DNA of 64,000 nucleotides from Candidatus Daviesbacteria bacterium (GTDB taxonomy: Bacteria; Patescibacteriota; Microgenomatia; Daviesbacterales; UBA10151): assembly GCA_028715175.1 (NCBI GenBank), contig JAQUSJ010000002.1, positions 22,285 to 86,284 on the forward strand, written 5' to 3'. The stretch's first letter is position 1. Every line of letters starts with the position of its first letter. The notes beneath the pieces were generated by a model that ran no database searches, had not been told where the DNA came from, and saw only the letters and a list, made by a program, of their open reading frames with translations. Positions 1 to 9,052 of the stretch are shown piece after piece. The translations under genes and the position numbers were made by a program.

Positions 1-2317
1 CTTTCTCCTTCATCTGAGCTTGCAACCCGGTAAGCTTTATTGTCACAATTTTTTGCAAATCCTCCGGAGAAAGCGGCTTAAATAAAACAACTTTATCAAA
101 ACGATTGATGAGCTCCGGCTTAAAAATTGTCAGCAATTCATTGTTAACTTGCTTATCGATTTCTTCCAAACTTTTTCCCAATTTCAAACCTTCTGCAATA
201 ATTAAACTACCGGCATTTGAGGTGGCAATAATAATGGTATTGGTAAAATCCACCGTCAGTCCGTTTGCATCAGTTAGCCTGCCATCCTCCAAAACTTGTA
301 AGAATAAAGTTAAAATTTTAGGATCTGCTTTTTCAAATTCATCCAAAAGCAACAAAGAATAGGGTCTTTGCCTTATAGCTTCTGTCAACTGCCCTTCCTC
401 TCCCGATCCGCCGATTAACCTGTTTACCGACTGCTGAGTTTGGTACTCCGACATATCAAACCGTACATATGCCCCCTCTGTTTTAAAATATATCCGGGCC
501 AAAGTTTTAGCCAATTCAGTTTTACCAACCCCGGTAGGGCCGACAAAAAGGAATGACCCGATTGGCCTGGCTTCTTCCCTAAGACCGGTAACAGACCGCC
601 TCAAAGTATCGGCTACAGCTTTAACTGCCGGCTCCTGGTCTATCATTCTTTCGTGAATTTCCTCTTCTAAATTCAACAACTTAGTCTTATCGGCATTGCC
701 AACTTCTGTCAAAGGCACTTTTACCCTTGAAGAAATAACCCTTCTGATAACTTCTTTTGTCACCCATTTATTAATAGATTGGGTCAGCGCCTCCTTTAAA
801 ACAGCAATAGCAGAATCAGGTAAAACCCGGTCATGAATTAATTTTTGGGAAAGCGCCACTGCAGTCTTAATGGCTATAAAAGTAACTTTCACTTTGTCTT
901 TTCTTTCAGCCTCTATAGCGCGGTATTCCAGAATGGCTAAAGTGTCTTGATCAGTGGCAGGAGAAAGTTCAATTTTTCTAAAAATCCTGGCAAAAGAACC
1001 ATTTTTTTCTAAAATCCGGCTGTAATTTCCCGCCTCTGTTGTACCGATAAACTGGAAAGTATCCGATTCCAAATATGGCTGCATCAGGGAATACAAATTT
1101 AAGACCCCGCCTGCCTCACCCATGCCCAATTCATGAATTTCTTCTATAGCAATAATGACATTTCCTGCAAATCCTACCTCTTCAAAAATCACTTTCACCC
1201 GGTCTGCCAAATCACCTTGCGACTTAATCCCTGATAAAAGTTTTGGGAGATCCAGCAAAACTATCCTTTTTGTGGCCAAAGCGCTTGGCGCATCTCCTAT
1301 GGCTATCTGTTTAGCTAAATGCCGAAGCGTTGTTGTTTTGCCGGAACCGGGAGCACCAACTAAGATAACATTCATGCCGCCGGTTTGTTGAGATAAAATA
1401 TTAACTATATCTTTCAGCGCGCCATTCTCCCGAATTAAATCAGGGAAAAATTTTGAAGCTGCCTGCTTTGTTAAATCCTCACCTACCAAATCCAAATTAG
1501 GCGTCGGCGCTCCTAACCATCCTCTGTTTATGCCTTTCAGATGATGAACAGTGAAATCTTCGTCCCAAATATATACCCGTCTCCAAATATTCTTTTTCTT
1601 TTCCAAATAGACCAGTGCCTTTATAAAATCATCGATCGTTAACTCTAACCTAGCTAAACTGGCATCGATATTGGGAATTTCCCCGAGGGTGGCTACAAAA
1701 AAATGGCGGGGGCCTAAATACAAACTTTCACTTTCTCTTCCGAGCTCATATGCTTTCTTTATTACCGTATTTATATCGGTTATTTCAAAAGAAGGCAGAC
1801 TATTAAATTGAATCTCCAGGTTCGACAGCAAATCTATAACTTCCCGGTCTGTAAGAAGCTTTTTAAAATTTAAGTCTTTCTTTTTTATTTTGGAAGCTTG
1901 CCAGAGATCTTCTTCCTGAACTTGCCAAATTTTCTTATGGGGGTGGGAAACTATATTTATCACAAAAAGCCCCAACCCGCTCAAAAATAAACATCTGCTT
2001 AAAATCTGCGGGGTATCAAAAACAGCCAACACAGGCAGGATCAACCAGTATCCGCCAATTGCAAGTAAAGCCATTGTGGCAATTAAAAAGGCAAACAGTC
2101 CAATCAAAATCCGCCCCACCCGAAAGATAAAACTCAAAATTCTACCAACAACTGATGTATCATGAAAAAGCGGGGTGAAGAGCAGTTTCCACATCAGCCC
2201 CACTGCTAAATCTTCTTCCAGAAGAAGTATTAAATTTTTCCATGTTCTAATAAAAAAAGCTATGCTTTCCGGATACCAGAATTTAAATATTTGGATTGGC
2301 GCTGATAAGTATTTCAT
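1..2317 (-). CDS. ClpA/ClpB-family two-domain AAA+ ATPase with hydrophobic N-terminus (3' end runs off the window)
   Basis: Not in the ORF track because it is open at the window edge. ATG at 2317 (MKYLSAPIQ...). Walker A VGAPGSGKT and FVGPTGVGKTELA, Walker B LLLLDEFEKA, and the IATSNAG and PELINRFD motifs. Confidence 0.85.
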   Translation of the reverse strand, partial: MKYLSAPIQIFKFWYPESIAFFIRTWKNLILLLEEDLAVGLMWKLLFTPLFHDTSVVGRILSFIFRVGRILIGLFAFLIATMALLAIGGYWLILPVLAVFDTPQILSRCLFLSGLGLFVINIVSHPHKKIWQVQEEDLWQASKIKKKDLNFKKLLTDREVIDLLSNLEIQFNSLPSFEITDINTVIKKAYELGRESESLYLGPRHFFVATLGEIPNIDASLARLELTIDDFIKALVYLEKKKNIWRRVYIWDEDFTVHHLKGINRGWLGAPTPNLDLVGEDLTKQAASKFFPDLIRENGALKDIVNILSQQTGGMNVILVGAPGSGKTTTLRHLAKQIAIGDAPSALATKRIVLLDLPKLLSGIKSQGDLADRVKVIFEEVGFAGNVIIAIEEIHELGMGEAGGVLNLYSLMQPYLESDTFQFIGTTEAGNYSRILEKNGSFARIFRKIELSPATDQDTLAILEYRAIEAERKDKVKVTFIAIKTAVALSQKLIHDRVLPDSAIAVLKEALTQSINKWVTKEVIRRVISSRVKVPLTEVGNADKTKLLNLEEEIHERMIDQEPAVKAVADTLRRSVTGLREEARPIGSFLFVGPTGVGKTELAKTLARIYFKTEGAYVRFDMSEYQTQQSVNRLIGGSGEEGQLTEAIRQRPYSLLLLDEFEKADPKILTLFLQVLEDGRLTDANGLTVDFTNTIIIATSNAGSLIIAEGLKLGKSLEEIDKQVNNELLTIFKPELINRFDKVVLFKPLSPEDLQKIVTIKLTGLQAQMKEK

Positions 2318-2389
2318 AATAGTCGTCAGCTTTCAGTCATCAGTCGTCAGACTTTTGTTTTAATCTGATAGCTGAAGACTAATAGCTAT
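2318..2389. repeat. Heptamer-arm inverted-repeat element, empty copy 1
   Basis: AATAGTCGTCAGCTTTCAGTCATCAGTCGTCAGAC-ttttgttttaa-TCTGATAGCTGAAGACTAATAGCTAT. Fills the whole intergenic spacer. Confidence 0.9.
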
Positions 2390-2739
2390 CTTACTCTTAC
2401 TAAATTCCCCTCCGTATCCAATTCAACAAAATGTTGAGCTTTACCCTCGATGTATGCGGGACACTGATTCTCCGGCAGATCGTCGATTGATAGTCTGGGG
2501 CTGTGAACAATGTCTACAATCCAACCGGGCATTAAAGCATTTGAAAGGCAAGGACCGGTTGAAAAATCTTCGCTCGATGCCCTTCTTTGACGATACAAAA
2601 AATTTGCTTGATTCACAGCGGTATCAATTTCGCTTTTAGGAGTCATTTTCTGTTCAAAACCGTTAAAGAAATAGATAGTCGCGAAACCTGTCAAAACTAT
2701 AACAATTAATACAGTAGCAAATAGAGTTAGCTTGGGCAT
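2386..2739 (-). CDS. Small membrane-anchored/exported hypothetical protein with two Cys
   Basis: N-terminal hydrophobic helix; GPCLS and NQCP motifs; co-oriented with dprA. Confidence 0.7.
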   Translation of the reverse strand: MPKLTLFATVLIVIVLTGFATIYFFNGFEQKMTPKSEIDTAVNQANFLYRQRRASSEDFSTGPCLSNALMPGWIVDIVHSPRLSIDDLPENQCPAYIEGKAQHFVELDTEGNLVRVR

Positions 2740-2741
2740 AG

Positions 2742-3848
2742 TTACTTCTTGCAGTATATCCCAGCACCCATGCTTTGAACAAGTCCCGAGATTTCCATTC
2801 TTAAAAGAAGTGCTGAAATTTTTGGCGAATCAAAATTTACTAATCTTCCAATTTCATCAATGTGCATTTCTTCGTTCTCCAAACATTCCAGAATTTTTTT
2901 CTCTTCTTCGGAAAGATTCTCGTTTTGCGCTCCCGCCCCGAGCGAAGCCGAGGAGTTGAACTTTGCACTTTGAACTTGATTAATCCCTAACTGTTCCAAA
3001 ACTTCATCTACGCTAAATACAGCCATAGCGCCATTTTTTATAAGCCCGATCGGGCCTTTGGATAGATTTGAGGTAACCGGACCAGGCACGGCGAAAACTT
3101 CCCGACCCTGCTCCAAAGCAGATCTCGCTGTAATAAGCGACCCTGAGTCTTCCGCTGCTTCAATCACCAAAACCCCCAGGGATAAACCGGAAATAATCCT
3201 GTTCCTGGCAGGAAAATTCCCCGGTAAAGACGGACTATCCGGAGGGAATTCCGAGATAACTGCCCCAAAGCCTCCGGCGATTTTCGCAGCCAGTCCTCTG
3301 TTTTCCGAAGGGAAGATATTATTTAACCCGCCTCCCAAAACCGCAATTGTCTGTCCGCCCTCAGAAATAGTAGTCAAATGCGCCTGGCTATCTACTCCCC
3401 GGGCCAACCCTGAGACAATGGTGAACCCTGCTTGAACCAACCCTCTGGTAAATTGTTCAGTCACTACCTTACCATAACCTGTTATTTTCCTAGTCCCTAC
3501 AACTCCAATAGCTTTTTCATCCAAATCCAGGTTTCCTTTATAATAAAGGACTATCGGCGGATCATAAATTTCCGCAAGTAGTTTGGGATAATTCTCATCA
3601 AAGACAGTAACCCATTTTATTCCACTTTCAGCTATTTTCTTTGCATAAGTTTCAGGCTCTAAATTCTTGCGGGTTTCTATCAAAAGGTTAACAGTATTTT
3701 TGTAGATGCCAAGTTTTAATAGCTCTTCTCCGTTTACCTCCCAGGCCAGTTTTGGATCTTTGAAATACTGCAAGATAGCCTTCAGTCTAATTGGCCCCAA
3801 ACCGTCTATGGAATGAAGAGCTAGTAAGTATGGATCATTTTGAACCAT
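2742..3848 (-). CDS. dprA: DNA-processing protein DprA
   Basis: YPKLLAEIYDPP, VVGTRK, VSGLARGVD, FPARNRIISGLS, SGSLITA; C-terminal winged helix. Confidence 0.95.
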   Translation of the reverse strand: MVQNDPYLLALHSIDGLGPIRLKAILQYFKDPKLAWEVNGEELLKLGIYKNTVNLLIETRKNLEPETYAKKIAESGIKWVTVFDENYPKLLAEIYDPPIVLYYKGNLDLDEKAIGVVGTRKITGYGKVVTEQFTRGLVQAGFTIVSGLARGVDSQAHLTTISEGGQTIAVLGGGLNNIFPSENRGLAAKIAGGFGAVISEFPPDSPSLPGNFPARNRIISGLSLGVLVIEAAEDSGSLITARSALEQGREVFAVPGPVTSNLSKGPIGLIKNGAMAVFSVDEVLEQLGINQVQSAKFNSSASLGAGAQNENLSEEEKKILECLENEEMHIDEIGRLVNFDSPKISALLLRMEISGLVQSMGAGIYCKK

Positions 3849-3850
3849 TT

Positions 3851-5710
3851 TTATTCCCCCAAAACCCTACCAGATTCTGTAGCAGAACCATAAACATCCT
3901 GGATTAGTTTATTTTTATCGGGGGAAAAATACCAGCGGTAAACCTCTTTGACTATTGGTGCGGCAACGCTCGATCCTTCCCCTCCGCCTTCCACCAAAAC
4001 AGTTAAAGCTATTTTGGGATCATCGACAGGGGCAAAAGAGGTATACCAGGCATGAGTTTTACCTTTTGGGTCGCCATATTCCGCTGTGCCGGTTTTACCT
4101 GCCGTCGGAATTGGGAAGCTAAAGAATGGCCAGGCTGTCCCGCCTGCTTGCGGGACCAGTTTCATTCCTTCTTTAACCTTCGCTACGTGTTCTTTTGATA
4201 ATAAATTGGAGGCTATAATTTTAGGCGAATCATTCAAGAGAAGCTCTGGTTTATAAAGTATACCCTCACCTGCAATATAGGAGGTAATCCCCAAAATTTG
4301 AAGCGGTGTAGCCAAAACAAACCCCTGGCCAATCGCCATATGCAAAGTATCTCCCGGATACCAGGGTTGCCTGAAATTATTTTGTTTCCATTCATTCGTA
4401 GGAATGAGCCCTGTCTCCTCGCCAGGTAAATCTATCCCCAGTTTTCCGCCCAGATTCAACTTCCCGGCCCAATCTACCAGGCTCCCCTCACCAACGATTT
4501 GCGCAATTTTATAAAAGTAAGTATCGTTTGACCGCTCAATAGCTTTTGTTAGATTTAAGAAACCTTCAGTCTTACCATATTGGTTAAAATACCAATTGGA
4601 AAATCGATACGACCCCAAATACATCACGCCGGTATCTTCAAAAACTGTATCCGGGCTGATTTTGCCGGAGGCAAGGGCAGCAAGAGCGGGAATAATCTTA
4701 AAAGTTGACCCGGGAGGATAAGTACCGCCTATAACCCTGTTTAGGATCGGAGAATCTGAGCGGGAAAGAATTTCACTGATAATCCCATCATTGTCGTTTT
4801 GCGAAAACACATTCGGATCAAAAGAAGGCAAAGATACCAACGCTAAGATCTTACCGCTTGTCGGATCTTCTGCTACTGCAGCGGCACAACAACTGCCGGA
4901 TTTAGATAGCGCTTCTTTCATTAACTCGAAAAGCTTTTCCTGCAAAGATGCATCAATCGAGAGGTAGATATTTTGTCCTGGAATCGGAGCCTGATGCCTT
5001 AAAGTCCGCAGTTTCCGACCTGTTGAATCAACTTCAATAATTTCTCCTCCGTCTGTTCCACGCAGTATTTTTTCATACTGCGCCTCTATCCCGATTTGAC
5101 CGATAACATCTCCCGGATGGTAATCCTTAAATTCTTGACTTTTAAGTTGATTTTCCGTAATCTCTCCCAAAAACCCCACAACATGTGCAAATTCGGCCCC
5201 TAGCGAGTAGGTTCTGACATTGTCAACTTCCAAATTAAGCACTCTGGGATCATTTTTCACTTCCCACTCCAATGCCTCTTCTCTTGTCACATACTTAGTT
5301 TTAAATTTATCTTCGGAGCTAAAATTCAACCGGAAAGCCGGGGAATTGGCAGCCAAAATTTTACCATTGCGATCAAAAATGACTCCGCGGGGAGCATGAA
5401 CCACCTTGACCTGGATACGATTACCGTCTGCAAGAGCTCTATTTGATTTACCCTCAACTATTTGGAGATGGAAAAGTCTTAAAAAGATAATAAAGAACAA
5501 CACCAAACACAAACTCAAAAAAAATACGATCCTCCATATTCTTATCTTCGGCAACTCCTGGTTTTCCGGATGAAAATTTGGCAAAAGGAAATCTGTCCAA
5601 CTGCTCTCTTCCCCTTTTTTGAGTCCGCCAGCCGGCGGACCAACTTTAGCGGTGGCTTTTGTTACCTCTTCCAAAAAACCTGGACCTAAATTACGTTTTT
5701 TTTGCGCCAT
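3851..5710 (-). CDS. mrdA: Penicillin-binding protein 2
   Basis: APRGVIFDRNG; SxxK (STFK), SxD (SND) and KTGT motifs; downstream of mreCD. Confidence 0.92.
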   Translation of the reverse strand: MAQKKRNLGPGFLEEVTKATAKVGPPAGGLKKGEESSWTDFLLPNFHPENQELPKIRIWRIVFFLSLCLVLFFIIFLRLFHLQIVEGKSNRALADGNRIQVKVVHAPRGVIFDRNGKILAANSPAFRLNFSSEDKFKTKYVTREEALEWEVKNDPRVLNLEVDNVRTYSLGAEFAHVVGFLGEITENQLKSQEFKDYHPGDVIGQIGIEAQYEKILRGTDGGEIIEVDSTGRKLRTLRHQAPIPGQNIYLSIDASLQEKLFELMKEALSKSGSCCAAAVAEDPTSGKILALVSLPSFDPNVFSQNDNDGIISEILSRSDSPILNRVIGGTYPPGSTFKIIPALAALASGKISPDTVFEDTGVMYLGSYRFSNWYFNQYGKTEGFLNLTKAIERSNDTYFYKIAQIVGEGSLVDWAGKLNLGGKLGIDLPGEETGLIPTNEWKQNNFRQPWYPGDTLHMAIGQGFVLATPLQILGITSYIAGEGILYKPELLLNDSPKIIASNLLSKEHVAKVKEGMKLVPQAGGTAWPFFSFPIPTAGKTGTAEYGDPKGKTHAWYTSFAPVDDPKIALTVLVEGGGEGSSVAAPIVKEVYRWYFSPDKNKLIQDVYGSATESGRVLGE

Positions 5711-6154
5711 TTACATTTTTAACTTGATTTCTTTTTGAATAACGAATCTTTCTTCCCAAAGCCTTACTAAAAAAAGAATTGGCAAAGATAAGATGCAAGC
5801 AAGGATTACTTTTGAAAACTCAAAAGAACTGTGATCTAATATCGAATTAGCGAACTGACTGATAGTTATAAGGAAAAAGGTAAGCGGTACGATAAGCAAT
5901 GGGTTGCCGGCCAGCCGGAGCTTCGATAAGATTTCTGTTACCTCAACCAAACTTAAGTATATTAAACTCTGAAAACCAATACTCGCCAGATTTAAATGCG
6001 AAGTAAAGATGCCAAAGAAAAAAGCAAGATAAAGATTTGCTGAGTCGGATTTTATATATGACCTGCATATTAATATAAGCAGCACTAGATCTATTGGAAG
6101 GATAGTTGTCTGCATAAATGATGCAATAATTAAAATAATGATTAAAGTTTTCAT
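5711..6154 (-). CDS. mreD: MreD-like membrane protein
   Basis: Polytopic protein with AFFFGIF motif, between mreC and pbp2. Confidence 0.65.
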   Translation of the reverse strand: MKTLIIILIIASFMQTTILPIDLVLLILICRSYIKSDSANLYLAFFFGIFTSHLNLASIGFQSLIYLSLVEVTEILSKLRLAGNPLLIVPLTFFLITISQFANSILDHSSFEFSKVILACILSLPILFLVRLWEERFVIQKEIKLKM

Positions 6155-6158
6155 AACG

Positions 6159-6218
6159 AATAGTCGTCAGCTGTCAGCTTTCAGTCGTCAGACTTTTTAT
6201 TTTCTAATCTGATAGCTA
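6159..6218. repeat. Heptamer-arm inverted-repeat element, empty copy 2
   Basis: AATAGTCGTCAGCTGTCAGCTTTCAGTCGTCAGAC...TCTGATAGCTA. Includes the mreC stop codon. Confidence 0.88.
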
Positions 6219-7004
6219 CTCTTGAATCACAAACACAAGTTCCAAATCCCTAATATCAAAAATCGGAGAAACTTTTGCCTGCTTAAAAACTTCATTTTCC
6301 CGCTCCAGCACTTCTGTGACTTTCCCTAAAATCAGTCCCCTGGGTAAAAAACCCTCCAATCCTTCCGAATAAACCAAATTCCCCTGAGCGATTTTTTCCT
6401 CATGCAGAATTTTATCCATTAGAATTGCTGTGCCGAATTGCCCAACCAATACCCCTTTTGCCTGACCATCTTTGTTTTGTGAAAATGCAGCCACTTTTGA
6501 ATCGGGATCTGTCAGAAGCTCCACATTTGAGGCCGAAGGCGAAACCAAAACTATCTTGCCTATGAAGCTGTCTTCAAAAACTACCGGCTGACCCACTTTC
6601 ACTCCGGATGAGGAACCCTTATCAATTTTTAAGTATCTGGAAAGCCCGATCAATCTTGCCGGCAATAAATTATAAGTACCTGGATCAAGGTATTTTTCTT
6701 GAGAAAGCTGGGCAGTAATTTCTGCAATATTTTTGCGCAAGTTAGCATTCTCCGAGAGTAGCTGCCCCACCTGTTCTTTTAAAGCTTTGTTTTCCTGACC
6801 CGCTTTGCGGGCCAAGAAAAGAAAATAAAATTGTTTGCCTATGTTCCTATTTGTATTATAAATCCCAAAAGAGATGGGGTTGGTAATATAAAACGCCAAC
6901 TGCTTTGGTAAGTTTAACAGATTGATTTTGTCTAAGATAAAAATTGTTAGACTTAAAAATAGCAGTATTAATAAAATTTTCAAGTCAGGGATAACCTTAC
7001 TCAC
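6216..7004 (-). CDS. mreC: Rod shape-determining protein MreC
   Basis: TM helix, coiled coil, IDKGSSSGV, LLTDPDS, FLPRGLILGKV. Confidence 0.9.
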   Translation of the reverse strand: MSKVIPDLKILLILLFLSLTIFILDKINLLNLPKQLAFYITNPISFGIYNTNRNIGKQFYFLFLARKAGQENKALKEQVGQLLSENANLRKNIAEITAQLSQEKYLDPGTYNLLPARLIGLSRYLKIDKGSSSGVKVGQPVVFEDSFIGKIVLVSPSASNVELLTDPDSKVAAFSQNKDGQAKGVLVGQFGTAILMDKILHEEKIAQGNLVYSEGLEGFLPRGLILGKVTEVLERENEVFKQAKVSPIFDIRDLELVFVIQE

Positions 7005-7066
7005 TTTGGATCAATATACCACAGCTTGCCAGCGCCTACAAACCTCTATATAATTATCCTAAAGTT

Positions 7067-7840
7067 ATGACAGACCAAACCTTTCTAGATAAACTTAAGA
7101 CTGGATGGAATGAGGGAAAATTTGTCTGCGTGGGTTTGGACAATGCAGATTTGCAGTTTAACAAAACTATTGTTGATCAGACTTTTGATCTGGTAGTTGC
7201 TTATAAACCGAATATTGCCTTTTATGAAGCTGCAGGGGCTAACGGCTTGCAGGCCTTAAAAGAAACAATTGATTATATAAAAGAAAAATCCCCTGATGTT
7301 CCGGTTATCCTGGATGCAAAACGGGGAGATATTGGCAACACTAATGAGGCATATACAAAAGCTATCTTTGATAACCTGCAAGCTGATGCAGTAACAGTTC
7401 ATCCATATTTGGGTAAAGAGTCTCTTGAACCGTTTTTAAAAAGAGTTGATAAAGGAATTTTTGTACTGCTCCGAACTTCTAATCCGGGTGCAGGTGAATT
7501 CCAGGACCTAGAAGTAGAATCCACCAAAGAGCCACTCTATCAAGTTGTAGCAGAACATGTGGCCAAAGATTGGAATACCAATGGAAATTGTGGTCTAGTA
7601 GTTGGAGCCACGTATCCTGAGGAATTAAAAAAGGTCAGGGAAATTGTAGGCGATATGCCAATTTTAGTTCCCGGCATTGGAGCGCAAGGCGGGGATTTAA
7701 AAGCTGTTTTGGAAAACGGTCTGGATTCCAACAATCAAGGACTAATCATAAGTTTATCCCGCAGCATCATTTTTGCCCCAGACCCAAGAGAAGCTACTTT
7801 AAAAATTCATCAAGAAATAGTAGACTTTCTAAAACCATGA
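7067..7840 (+). CDS. pyrF: Orotidine-5'-phosphate decarboxylase
   Basis: CVGLD, YKPNIAFY, DAKRGDIGNT, VVGAT, PGIGAQGG. Confidence 0.95.
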   Translation: MTDQTFLDKLKTGWNEGKFVCVGLDNADLQFNKTIVDQTFDLVVAYKPNIAFYEAAGANGLQALKETIDYIKEKSPDVPVILDAKRGDIGNTNEAYTKAIFDNLQADAVTVHPYLGKESLEPFLKRVDKGIFVLLRTSNPGAGEFQDLEVESTKEPLYQVVAEHVAKDWNTNGNCGLVVGATYPEELKKVREIVGDMPILVPGIGAQGGDLKAVLENGLDSNNQGLIISLSRSIIFAPDPREATLKIHQEIVDFLKP

Positions 7841-8484
7841 ACCAAACTAGCCAAACTGTTGCTAAAATTCTACTGGAACTTAATGCAGTAACTTTAAATT
7901 CCAAAAAACCATTCCGTTATGTTTCCGGTATATTATCGCCGGTTTACACTGATTGTCGGGTACTGATGGCTTACCCGGATAAACGGCGTTTAATTCGAGA
8001 TCTTTATATTGAAACTATTAAAAAATCCAGTGTATCTTTCGATGTTGTGGCTGGAACAGCTACAGCAGGCATTCCCCATGCTGCTTGGATTGCAGATAGG
8101 TTAAGTTTACCCATGGTCTATGTCCGGGGCAAAGCCAAAGATCATGGCAAAGAAAACATGGTAGAAGGAATAATCAAAAAGGGGCAAAAAGCAATTGTAA
8201 TCGAAGATTTAATCTCTACCGGGGAAAGCGCCATTAATAGTGTTAATGCAGTCAGAGCAGCGGGCGGAAAAACATCATATGTCTTTGCTATTATCACTTA
8301 TGGTCTTAAAAAAGCTGAACAAAATTTTAGTCAAAACGGACTTAAATTAATCACTCTAACTACTTTTGAGGAGGTTGTGGAACAAGCCCAGAAGATGAAC
8401 TATATAAGCAAAGAGGAGGTACAGCTGATTCTAGATTGGACCAAAGACCCTATCTCTTGGGGCAAACAAATGGGTTTTGAATAA
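7837..8484 (+). CDS. pyrE: Orotate phosphoribosyltransferase
   Basis: SGILSPVYTD, GTATAGIP, PRPP-binding VIEDLISTGES. Confidence 0.95.
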   Translation: MNQTSQTVAKILLELNAVTLNSKKPFRYVSGILSPVYTDCRVLMAYPDKRRLIRDLYIETIKKSSVSFDVVAGTATAGIPHAAWIADRLSLPMVYVRGKAKDHGKENMVEGIIKKGQKAIVIEDLISTGESAINSVNAVRAAGGKTSYVFAIITYGLKKAEQNFSQNGLKLITLTTFEEVVEQAQKMNYISKEEVQLILDWTKDPISWGKQMGFE

Positions 8485-8904
8485 GACAGCTAATTTATCT
8501 AGATTAGCTACTATATAATCTGGTTTCTGATTTGGATTCTCAGGCAGTTCATTTACAAATTTACCTTGTCTCACCCAAATGGTAACTGCTCCTAATTTTT
8601 TGCCGATTTCCAATTCTGACCTGACTCTGTCCCCAATCACCAAAACCTCTTGAGGATTTTTGATGAATTTTTGGAAAGTTTGAAGATCTTTTTCTTTATC
8701 GCTAAAAACAATTTCCTGAAAATACTTTGCCACACCCAGTCGCTTAACTTCCTGTTTCATATCCTGCCCGCCTTTACCAATTAAAATCATGGGGATATGT
8801 TTGCTTCTTAGAAATTTTAAAAGTTCCACGGCTCCAGGAAGTAAAACTTTTCTGTCAGGATCATACAAGGTCCTTTTCCAGTCAAAAATAATCATGTCAA
8901 ACAT
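8431..8904 (-). CDS. HAD-family hydrolase
   Basis: IIFDWKRTL (variant motif I), VIGDR, G-x-TIWV. Confidence 0.8.
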   Translation of the reverse strand: MFDMIIFDWKRTLYDPDRKVLLPGAVELLKFLRSKHIPMILIGKGGQDMKQEVKRLGVAKYFQEIVFSDKEKDLQTFQKFIKNPQEVLVIGDRVRSELEIGKKLGAVTIWVRQGKFVNELPENPNQKPDYIVANLDKLAVLFKTHLFAPRDRVFGPI

Positions 8905-9052
8905 AACTTAATATCCACTTTCCTATCTCCTGTTCACATTAATATCACGAATATCACAGCCATAACATTAATGTCAACGGAGAATCTATGAGGTAGTTGC
9001 AAGTGGAATAGCAATAATCTTTACCAACAGAAGTGTAAAATTAAGCTAATTT

